DNA from: a virus
Taxonomy: Duplodnaviria > Caudoviricetes
IMG/VR virus record: IMGVR_UViG_2814123293_000008
Span: 12,264-76,263 of that record
Reading direction: 5' to 3' (one strand)
Length of the DNA: 64,000 nt
The notes below the pieces were generated by a model, which was given only the letters and a program-made list of their open reading frames with translations, was not told the DNA's origin and did no database searches. A program made the position numbers and the translations under genes. Below, one piece after another: positions 37,083 through 43,953 of this stretch; within the stretch, counting starts at the first letter, position 1; each line of letters begins with the position of its first letter.

Positions 37083-37328
37083 TCAGCTCCTCTCGGAAAA
37101 CTCATGGATGCAGGCCCCGCAGAGGGAAACCCCGTTGAACTCGACCAGATCCTCCGACGACCCGCAGCAGATACACCCGGGTTTATAGGGGCGGATAAGG
37201 ATTCCGTCCTCCGTCGTGAAAATCTCCATCGGGTCCTCTTCCTTGATTCCGGGGGTGCGGCGCAGCTCCATCGGGATCACCAGGCGCCCTAAGCTATCCA
37301 CCCTCCGCACGATTCCGGTTGCTTTCAC
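37083..37328 (-). CDS. abrB: AbrB/SpoVT-family transcriptional regulator
   Basis: MKATGIVRRVDSLGRLVIPMELRR with C-terminal CxxC...CxxC. Confidence 0.9.
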   Translation of the reverse strand: MKATGIVRRVDSLGRLVIPMELRRTPGIKEEDPMEIFTTEDGILIRPYKPGCICCGSSEDLVEFNGVSLCGACIHEFSERS

Positions 37329-37355
37329 AGAAATCAGCTCCTTTCCATTGCCCGG

Positions 37356-37583
37356 CTACGCTCGCTTAACTTGGCGCAGCGCCCGGGCTACTTTCATGTC
37401 CGGCCGTGCCGGGTGCGTCGCGCGGGCCAGATACTCGACCAGCGCCTCTTCGGTAATCCAGACCTTTCCTCCGGGCTTACGCTGTATGTAGGCCAGGTGG
37501 CCGCTGCTCCGCTCGGCGTCTAAGGTCATTACCGTAATGCCAAGCCGCGCAGCCGCCTCTTTCCGGGTCAACAGGTTTGGCAT
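37356..37583 (-). CDS. xis: Excisionase-like HTH protein
   Basis: LLTRKEAAARLGIT, MerR/HTH_17-like. Confidence 0.75.
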   Translation of the reverse strand: MPNLLTRKEAAARLGITVMTLDAERSSGHLAYIQRKPGGKVWITEEALVEYLARATHPARPDMKVARALRQVKRA

Positions 37584-37606
37584 CTGATTACCTCCTTTCG
37601 CCATCC

Positions 37607-37635
37607 TTGCCTGCCCCATCTTTCCGTGATAAAAT
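37607..37635 (+). promoter_or_regulatory. Sigma-A promoter for the reverse-oriented gene
   Basis: TTGCCT-17 nt-TAAAAT with extended TG. Confidence 0.6.
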
Positions 37636-37658
37636 CCATTGTGAAAGGAGGCGATAGG

Positions 37659-37937
37659 ATGGACTTCAAAATTGAGCTCTTATGCAGTAAATGCAAGTGC
37701 TCTTGTGAATTGCGGCCAGAGGAATTCAAAGCGCGCACATCCATGGAGTGCCCGAATTGCGGTCAGGCGCTTCCGGCGGATGTTTACAACGACTTGAAAG
37801 CTGGGGTCGAGGCCCTTGGGAGGGTCCCGGAACGCATCAGCGAGAATGCCACAAATCCATTTTCCGAAGATCTCTTTACGGTGCGTGTAAAAAGCTTCGG
37901 CACTCTTCACAACCTTCTGGATAACCGCCAAAACTAA
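37659..37937 (+). CDS. Reverse-oriented Zn-binding hypothetical protein (moron-like)
   Basis: SD GAAAGGAGG, own promoter, CSKC and CPNCG motifs. Confidence 0.75.
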   Translation: MDFKIELLCSKCKCSCELRPEEFKARTSMECPNCGQALPADVYNDLKAGVEALGRVPERISENATNPFSEDLFTVRVKSFGTLHNLLDNRQN

Positions 37938-38143
37938 ATCTTTGCCCTGCGTAGACGGCCTTTCGCTACCTCAAGCAATAGCTCTGCTTGCTGGAACGAG
38001 AGGCCGTTATTTACAAGCAAGCCACAGATTTCGTTTGGGATAGTCTTCAGCTTTTCGGTCGGAATTCCAGCCAGGATCTGTTCGGGTTGCTCCTTGTTGA
38101 TAGCAGCCACAGCCTTCTCTAACGCTTCGCACATTTTCTTCAC
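37934..38143 (-). CDS. Hypothetical protein
   Basis: ORF with RBS. Confidence 0.6.
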   Translation of the reverse strand: MKKMCEALEKAVAAINKEQPEQILAGIPTEKLKTIPNEICGLLVNNGLSFQQAELLLEVAKGRLRRAKI

Positions 38144-38340
38144 CTCCTTTTTGACAGGCGCATTCTTCGTAAAAAAGTCACTCCAAAGTAGTTCGCCATT
38201 TTAATTTTCACGGAATCTTTTGGGACGCGCCGGTTTGTTTCGTACATTCTGAGGGAGGATGCGGAGATACCAAGCTCGCTTGCTACCTCGTCTCCGCTTC
38301 TGCCCCCGCGCAATTTTTTAAGCCGCCTACCAAGGTTCAT
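38140..38340 (-). CDS. Second XRE/Cro-like HTH protein (C-terminus possibly frameshifted)
   Basis: LGRRLKKLRG...VASELGIS...YETNRRVP motif. Confidence 0.75.
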   Translation of the reverse strand: MNLGRRLKKLRGGRSGDEVASELGISASSLRMYETNRRVPKDSVKIKMANYFGVTFLRRMRLSKRR

Positions 38341-38362
38341 AAAATCATCTCCTTTCCTCGAT

Positions 38363-38736
38363 TGTGTAGTCGGTTAAACAGTTTCAGTAAAAAAAATACG
38401 GTCTACGCTTGTGTTGAGTGCCTGGGCGAGCTTCAGCAAGGTTTTGCTGGTTGTGTTCCGCATGGAGCCGTTCTCCAGCGCGGAAATTGTACCACGGCTG
38501 ACACCACTTTTGTCGGCAAGCTCCTCCTGGGTCATCTTCATGGCTTCACGAAGCTCTCGGATTCTGTACCCCATAGCTGCCCCCTCCTTTCTGAAAAATC
38601 GCGGTGTGTTTAACCGGCTGCACAGACATAGTACACCAGGACGCAGGGCCTGTCAAGTGAGTTACACAAATTTTGCTCAATAAATTTCACACTTTTATTG
38701 ACAGCCCTCATGTGCGCGTGTATAATAGATTAAACA
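38363..38736. promoter_or_regulatory. Lysis-lysogeny switch: divergent promoters and four 18-bp operators
   Basis: Plus: TTGACA-17-TATAAT at 38698-38726. Minus: TTGACA-17-TACTAT at 38656-38628. TGT-N12-ACA quasi-palindromes at 38363, 38607, 38651 and 38719. Confidence 0.85.
38374..38574 (-). CDS. cro: Cro-like XRE repressor
   Basis: HTH_3 motif; divergent from cI. Confidence 0.88.
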   Translation of the reverse strand: MGYRIRELREAMKMTQEELADKSGVSRGTISALENGSMRNTTSKTLLKLAQALNTSVDRIFFTETV

Positions 38737-38755
38737 AAAACAGGGGGTCAAAGTT

Positions 38756-39154
38756 ATGACACTGAGCGATTTGGTGCAGGAATACCGCAGGGAGCACGGC
38801 CTGTCCCAGCGTCAATTTGCTTCCATCTGCGGCCTGTCGAATGGCTACATCTCCATGCTGGAGCGGAATGTCAACCCCAAAACTGGCCAGCCGGTAACTC
38901 CATCGCTCCCCGCCTTGAAGAAGATTGCGGACGGAATGAGCATCACGTTAACCGATCTTTTTACCCGCACTGACGACATCCCCGTCGATTTGCTAACAGA
39001 GGGCCTGGATGAAACAACGCCCGCCCCCAAAGCAGGGAGCGGGCGTTGTGGCCTCGACAATGAGTTGGCAGCTATTCTTCTCGAACTGACGCCTGAGAAG
39101 AAGCGGGAGGCGTTGAGCTATCTGCGGTACCTCGCAGAGAGCGCAGATAAATAA
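38756..39154 (+). CDS. cI: CI-like XRE repressor lacking the S24 peptidase domain
   Basis: N-terminal HTH_3, short helical C-terminus; divergent from cro. Confidence 0.88.
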   Translation: MTLSDLVQEYRREHGLSQRQFASICGLSNGYISMLERNVNPKTGQPVTPSLPALKKIADGMSITLTDLFTRTDDIPVDLLTEGLDETTPAPKAGSGRCGLDNELAAILLELTPEKKREALSYLRYLAESADK

Positions 39155-39227
39155 TCAGTCGCCCTTTTTGAGCAACCGACAGCTTTGACAGCATGGCTTC
39201 TATTTCCTGTCGCTCTTTTGATTTCAT
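39072..39227 (-). CDS. Unannotated 51-aa peptide resembling the CI C-terminal domain (candidate anti-repressor)
   Basis: MKSKERQEIEAMLSKLSVAQKGRLIIYLRSLRGTADS...; AAGGAG SD 8 nt upstream; extended -10 TGCTATAAT at 39279-39271. Confidence 0.7.
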   Translation of the reverse strand: MKSKERQEIEAMLSKLSVAQKGRLIIYLRSLRGTADSSTPPASSQASVREE

Positions 39228-39378
39228 TTCCTCAGCTCCTTATCGAAAAGTAGCTGCCGGCAGTGGCACCATTATAGCAAAGGTCAGTAGATTTTTGCTG
39301 GAAAAGATAAAAAATCACTTTCGACATACTTCGGCACGAAAACGCTGTATATTGGAAAATATGTGAAAGGGGATCGCT

Positions 39379-39636
39379 ATGATTATTACTACATCCTTTA
39401 CCGTAGAGGGGCGCCCTGTCATTGAGTACCTGGGTATCGTTTCCGCCGCTCAGGTCATGGCTCTGCCTGGGGGGAACAAGGGGGTGCAGCGTGGGTGGCA
39501 GACAGGCGTAGAAGGGGCCGTTGCCGTCCTTCAGCAGCAGGCCGCAGAATTAGGGGCCGATGCCGTCATCGCCGCCCGCTTTGAACCATTCGGATCCAAT
39601 ATCTGCGCCACGGGGACGGCCGTTCGGCTCGGCTGA
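39379..39636 (+). CDS. YbjQ/UPF0145-family protein
   Basis: MIITT...VEGRPVIEYLGIV...AAELGADAVIA...ATGTAVRL. Confidence 0.85.
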   Translation: MIITTSFTVEGRPVIEYLGIVSAAQVMALPGGNKGVQRGWQTGVEGAVAVLQQQAAELGADAVIAARFEPFGSNICATGTAVRLG

Positions 39637-39790
39637 TACCCTATCCATGCTTTTGCGGATACGGTATGGATAGGGTATCAATAGGGTATGGATACTCGCG
39701 CGCGTGCGCGCGCGACGCGCCTATATCTACTTTCTATTCTATCTTAAGACTAAGTCTGTATTTAATCTTCTGGTTATTCTGTCTTAGGAA
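39635..39790. repeat. Iteron-like 11-bp repeats, (CG)n tract and AT-rich segment (candidate origin)
   Basis: GGATACGGTAT-GGATAGGGTAT-CAATAGGGTAT-GGATAC at 39657-39695; inverted copy at 39635-39648. Confidence 0.6.
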
Positions 39791-39820
39791 AGCTACCAAT
39801 AGAAGAAGGGGGGCGGTGGC

Positions 39821-41020
39821 ATGGCTCGGCCAAAGAAGCCAACCTACGAATGGATTGAGAGCCGTAAAGAATTTCGGAAACGTATCAAGGGGCCAGGAGG
39901 AAAGTACATCGCCCTCTATGCCCAAACGGCGGAGGAGCTGACCGAGAAGATCGCCACCGTTCAGCGCCAGATTGAGGAAGATATCTACCGTCGGGATAAT
40001 CCCACCGTCAAGGACTACGCTGAAAAGTGGCTCACCATGCAGGCCGCGCACGTCCGAGCCACTACGCTGGCCGACTATGCCTCCAAGGTCAAGATCTACA
40101 TCATAGCGCCCCTGGGGGAGAAATACATGGCCGAGGTGACGCCGGATGATATTAAGCTGGCGATCTCCAAGGCAGCAGAGAAGTCGGCTTCTATCTACCG
40201 TAGCGTTCAGATGCTCTACAAGATGATTTTCGGCTCCGCGCTGGAGAATCGCATCATCGACGAAAGCCCGTGTAAAAACCTCAACCCCAAGGGAGGGAGG
40301 GCCCCAAAGGAGAAAACTGCGCTTACCGATAAGCAGGTCAGTATTTTGCTGGATGCCATCCGGGGATTACCGCCGTATCCGTTTGTCATGCTCTGCCTAT
40401 ATGCGGGGCTCCGTCGAGAGGAGGCCCTGGCGCTGCAATGGGATAGCGTTTTTCTGGAGGGGGGCGCCCCTCACATCTCCGTCTGCAGAGCCTGGCACAC
40501 TGAGCACAATAGGCCAGTCATATTGACCGACCTGAAAACCAAGGCGTCCAAGAGGATCATCCCGATCCCTCCCCAGCTGGTGGAATGCCTAAAGGCCGTC
40601 AAAGAAGCAAGCCAGTCTGAGTATGTGATTTCCAACCGGGACGGTGGGCCGCTATCCGGTACCCAGTGGGCGCGACTCTGGAAATATGTAACCGTACGAA
40701 GCACAAAAGAGCGCACATACACCAGATATGTCAAAGGCCAGAAAATCAAGCACACGGTCACGCCGGTGCTTGGAGAGCGGGCCGCTCACAACAAGACCGT
40801 CATTTACAGCATGGACTTTCAGGTGACGCCGCATCAGCTCAGGCATACCTACATCACGAATCTGCTCTTATCTGGCGCTGTTGACGTCAAGACCGCTCAG
40901 GTGCTGGCCGGCCATGAGCACGCGAAAATCACCTTGGACATCTATGCCCACTTGACCTATAATCAGCCTAAAGACTTGATCTCCAAGGTCACGGCCGCCT
41001 TCGCTTCCAGTCCAAAATAA
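39821..41020 (+). CDS. int: Tyrosine recombinase (phage integrase)
   Basis: YAGLRREEALAL, TPHQLRHTY, AGHEHAKITLDIYAH catalytic motifs. Confidence 0.97.
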   Translation: MARPKKPTYEWIESRKEFRKRIKGPGGKYIALYAQTAEELTEKIATVQRQIEEDIYRRDNPTVKDYAEKWLTMQAAHVRATTLADYASKVKIYIIAPLGEKYMAEVTPDDIKLAISKAAEKSASIYRSVQMLYKMIFGSALENRIIDESPCKNLNPKGGRAPKEKTALTDKQVSILLDAIRGLPPYPFVMLCLYAGLRREEALALQWDSVFLEGGAPHISVCRAWHTEHNRPVILTDLKTKASKRIIPIPPQLVECLKAVKEASQSEYVISNRDGGPLSGTQWARLWKYVTVRSTKERTYTRYVKGQKIKHTVTPVLGERAAHNKTVIYSMDFQVTPHQLRHTYITNLLLSGAVDVKTAQVLAGHEHAKITLDIYAHLTYNQPKDLISKVTAAFASSPK

Positions 41021-41042
41021 GGTTCATTTTGAGGTGCATTTT
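41020..41042 (+). repeat. Putative integrase arm-type direct repeats
   Basis: AGGTTCATTTT at 41020-41030 and AGGTGCATTTT at 41032-41042. Confidence 0.45.
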
Positions 41043-41089
41043 TGGAGGCGTGACTTATACCCATTGAAAATAAAGGGGATTTCGCCAGA

Positions 41090-41149
41090 GAGCGCAAGAA
41101 GTACGGCCTCAAGGCTGCCCGTCGCGCTCCCCAGTTCAGCAAGCGCTAA
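41090..41149 (+). other. rpsI: Displaced 3' end of rpsI = attachment site
   Basis: Encodes ERKKYGLKAARRAPQFSKR* (S9 C-terminus); upstream in-frame sequence is not S9. Confidence 0.92.
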
Positions 41150-41179
41150 TCAGCACTTCAAACTGGTTCAAAGATGCTC

Positions 41180-41215
41180 AAAAACCCCGAAAAACTGCGG
41201 TTTTTCGGGGTTTTT
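41180..41215. terminator. Bidirectional intrinsic terminator downstream of the rpsI fragment
   Basis: Perfect 16-bp inverted repeat AAAAACCCCGAAAAAC-TGCG-GTTTTTCGGGGTTTTT. Confidence 0.85.
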
Positions 41216-41285
41216 CTATTTCACATCTTCTGTTGCAGCTTGTCTGATTCTGGCAGGATTTGAACTGTTCTTACCCTGTTTTTCT

Positions 41286-41400
41286 TGATTAAAAATGGGG
41301 CAACCGGCCCTTTTTGACCCCATTATGATTAAAAAATGGGGCAACCGAGAGCCAAAATCGAGCCGTTTTCTAGGTGCTTTTGCCCTGTCCTTTGCCCCTC
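41286..41400. repeat. ICE-end repeats (candidate recombinase arm sites)
   Basis: TGATTAAAAA(A)TGGGGCAACC at 41286-41305 and 41326-41346; inverted TTTGCCC(C)T motifs near 41378-41400. Confidence 0.5.
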
Positions 41401-41591
41401 ATTTTAGGAGCCTTTCTTTATGATTTTTCTTTTGAAAGGGCTGGCCTGATTTGTCAGGATTTGACCAAATCGAATCCGGTTTATCTTTTCTTGCTCATGG
41501 CGTCCAATACCCTTAAAGCTGGTGAATACTCGCACATTTGCGCTGCACGTCTTTGAACAGCTACAATGAAGGCGAAAAGGAGGACTGCACT

Positions 41592-41756
41592 ATGAGGAAA
41601 CAGAAATTCAAGGTATACCTCACCCCTGCTGAAAACAGCATTGTGATCCAGAGCCTGAATCATCTGCGGAACACCCTGCTGCGGGAAAATCGGGACACCG
41701 GCTGCGTGGATGATCTTTTGCTCAAAGTCATGTGCGCCCCTGTCAAGAGAATTTGA
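41592..41756 (+). CDS. Small hypothetical protein
   Basis: AGGAGG SD; followed by terminator-like AGCCGT...ACGGCTTTTTT. Confidence 0.6.
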   Translation: MRKQKFKVYLTPAENSIVIQSLNHLRNTLLRENRDTGCVDDLLLKVMCAPVKRI

Positions 41757-41891
41757 AAACTACATATTGTGCCGACTGAATCAAGCCGTTTATTCTTTCA
41801 TAGAGTAGACGGCTTTTTTTCATGCCCATTTTACCGCATACATAGCTGTTCGTCTTGCCAACGGGCAGCTAAATCTATCAAAAAGGAGGAC

Positions 41892-42746
41892 ATGAAAATG
41901 CCGGAACAGAGAAGCCGCCCGAAGGAAGGCCGTGTCATCGCATTGGCCAACCAGAAAGGCGGAACAGGCAAAACCACCACAACGGTGAATCTGGGCATTG
42001 GGTTGGCCCGCCTGGGACAAAAGGTTCTGCTCATTGACGCAGACCCCCAGGGCGACCTCACCACTTGCCTGGGCTGGCAGGATCAGGACAGCTTGCAGAC
42101 CACCCTTGCAACCATCATGGAGAAGGTGATCCGCGACGAGCCGTTTTCTGTGGATGAGGGCATCCTGCACCACAAAGAGGGTGTTGACCTTATGCCAGCC
42201 AACATTGAGCTGTCGGCTATGGAAATGAGCTTGGTAAACGCCATGAGCCGGGAGTTCACGCTGCGAACCTATGTCAATGCAGTCAAGAAGAACTATGACA
42301 CGGTTCTGATCGACTGTATGCCGTCCCTCGGTATGATTACGATCAATGCGCTGGCGGCGGCAGACAGCGTGATTATCCCGGTGCAGGCCCACTATCTCCC
42401 GGCCAAAGGCATGACCCAGCTCATGCGAACCATTGGCAAGGTCAAGCGGCAGATCAACCCGTCCCTCAAGGTGGACGGCGTACTGCTGACCCTTGTGGAT
42501 GGGCGCACCAATCTGGCCAAGCAGACAGCCGAAACCTTGCGGCAGAGCTACGGGAGTGTTTTGAAAATCTATCGTTCCGAGATTCCCGTTGCAATCAAAG
42601 CCGCAGAAATCAGCGCCGCTGGCAAGAGCATCTACGCCTATGATAATGGCAGCAAGGTAGCTCAGGCTTATGCGGAATTTTCAAAGGAGGTGCAGGCGGA
42701 TGGCGAGAAACAACGCGCTAAACTTCAATCTGCCCTCAGTCGATGA
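41892..42746 (+). CDS. parA: ParA/Soj-family ATPase
   Basis: NQKGGTGKTTT deviant Walker A; IDADPQG and IDCMPSLG motifs. Confidence 0.95.
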   Translation: MKMPEQRSRPKEGRVIALANQKGGTGKTTTTVNLGIGLARLGQKVLLIDADPQGDLTTCLGWQDQDSLQTTLATIMEKVIRDEPFSVDEGILHHKEGVDLMPANIELSAMEMSLVNAMSREFTLRTYVNAVKKNYDTVLIDCMPSLGMITINALAAADSVIIPVQAHYLPAKGMTQLMRTIGKVKRQINPSLKVDGVLLTLVDGRTNLAKQTAETLRQSYGSVLKIYRSEIPVAIKAAEISAAGKSIYAYDNGSKVAQAYAEFSKEVQADGEKQRAKLQSALSR

Positions 42747-43671
42747 CCTCTTTTCCACCGAGGAAAGCCGTGCAGAGGCCAGATTGGAGAAAGTCGTCAA
42801 CCTGAATCCCTCAGAGATCAGCAATTTCCCAGATCACCCTTTCAAAGTGCGGATGGACGCGGCCATGCAGGAAATGGCGGAGAGCGTCAAGCAGTACGGC
42901 GTGTTGGTTCCTGCGCTGGTACGCCCCAAGCAGGGCGGCGGTTATGAAATGGTAGCCGGACACCGCAGGAAAATGGCGGCGGAGCTGGCGCAGCTCCTGG
43001 AAATCCCCTGTATTGTGCGAAACCTCACCGACGATGAAGCAACGATCATCATGGTGGATTCCAACCTGCAACGAGAGCAGATTTTGCCCTCGGAAAAAGC
43101 CTTCGCGTACAAGATGAAGCTGGATGCCATGAAACGGCAGGGACAGCGCACGGATTTAACTTCTGCAACAGTGTTGCAGAAGTCCACAGGAAAGACTTCG
43201 CGCCAGATGCTTGCCGAGCAAGTAGGAGAAAGTCACGAACAAATCCGTAAGTATATCCGCCTTACCCACCTTATCCCGGATATTCTGGAACTGGTGGATA
43301 ATTCCGTTCTGCGAGAGCCGGAAGTGCTGCAAATCGCCATGCGTCCTGCGGTGGAACTGTCCTACCTGCGAAAAGAAGAACAGGCAGACCTGTTTGCTAT
43401 CATGGAGGAAATGGACTGCACTCCATCCCATGCCCAGGCAATCAAAATGCGGCAGATGTCCGAAGCCAAGACCGGTGATGAGCGGCTTGCCAAAGATGCC
43501 CTTGTCGCCATTATGAAGGAGGAAAAGCCCAATCAAAAAGAACAAATCAAAATTCCGAAAGAGCGGATCAGCAAGTATTTTGCGCCGGGGACGCCCGCGC
43601 AGAAGATCGAGGATACCATTGTTCAAGCTCTGGAACTTTACCGCAGACGTCAACGCAGTTTAGAACGATAA
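42700..43671 (+). CDS. parB: ParB/Spo0J-family protein
   Basis: HPFKV, GVLVPALVRP, AGHRR, DSNLQRE motifs. Confidence 0.93.
   Translation: MARNNALNFNLPSVDDLFSTEESRAEARLEKVVNLNPSEISNFPDHPFKVRMDAAMQEMAESVKQYGVLVPALVRPKQGGGYEMVAGHRRKMAAELAQLLEIPCIVRNLTDDEATIIMVDSNLQREQILPSEKAFAYKMKLDAMKRQGQRTDLTSATVLQKSTGKTSRQMLAEQVGESHEQIRKYIRLTHLIPDILELVDNSVLREPEVLQIAMRPAVELSYLRKEEQADLFAIMEEMDCTPSHAQAIKMRQMSEAKTGDERLAKDALVAIMKEEKPNQKEQIKIPKERISKYFAPGTPAQKIEDTIVQALELYRRRQRSLER
43159..43183. repeat. Palindrome inside parB (candidate parS)
   Basis: ACTTCTGCAAC-AGT-GTTGCAGAAGT. Confidence 0.55.
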
Positions 43672-43896
43672 TCCCACTCACAAGGGAAAAGTACGCCCAT
43701 TTGCCGGGGAACGAATTTTCCGCTCCCCCCTCTCCACACCTCACCCCCTACAAACAGCCTAAACAACCCAAAAAAGAAGATATTGGGGCAGCCTGTTTCA
43801 AAAAAATACCGGCTGTATTGGTAAAAGGCTGACATGGAGAAAAAGCGGCGTACCACTTCTTTTTTAGACAGTAACCAACAATCATAAGCTGAACGG

Positions 43897-43928
43897 CAGC
43901 ACATCAGGAAACGATGTGCTGTTTTTTT
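43897..43928 (+). terminator. Intrinsic terminator 25 nt upstream of the adhesin start
   Basis: CAGCACATC-AGGAAAC-GATGTGCTG-TTTTTTT. Confidence 0.8.
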
Positions 43929-43953
43929 CGGCCAATTTTCAGGAGGTAACAAG

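Larger units (their letters stand above)
1..41149. mobile_element. Temperate prophage (contractile tail, lambda-like head), truncated by the left window edge; right junction at the rpsI 3' end
   Basis: Ordered tail, head, packaging, replication, lysogeny and integrase modules; ends at a displaced rpsI 3' fragment. Confidence 0.95.

Noticed and set aside
39300-39345. LexA/SOS box controlling the antisense peptide (TCGACATACTTCG)
   Set aside because: Does not fit the Firmicutes GAAC-N4-GTTC consensus well enough
39666-40051. ORFs 39666-39941 (+) and 39734-40051 (-)
   Set aside because: Translations of the iteron/CG repeats and the antisense of int; no SD
43672-43953. c-di-GMP riboswitch before the adhesin
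   Set aside because: No GEMM core or class II signature is visible; only the terminator is supported
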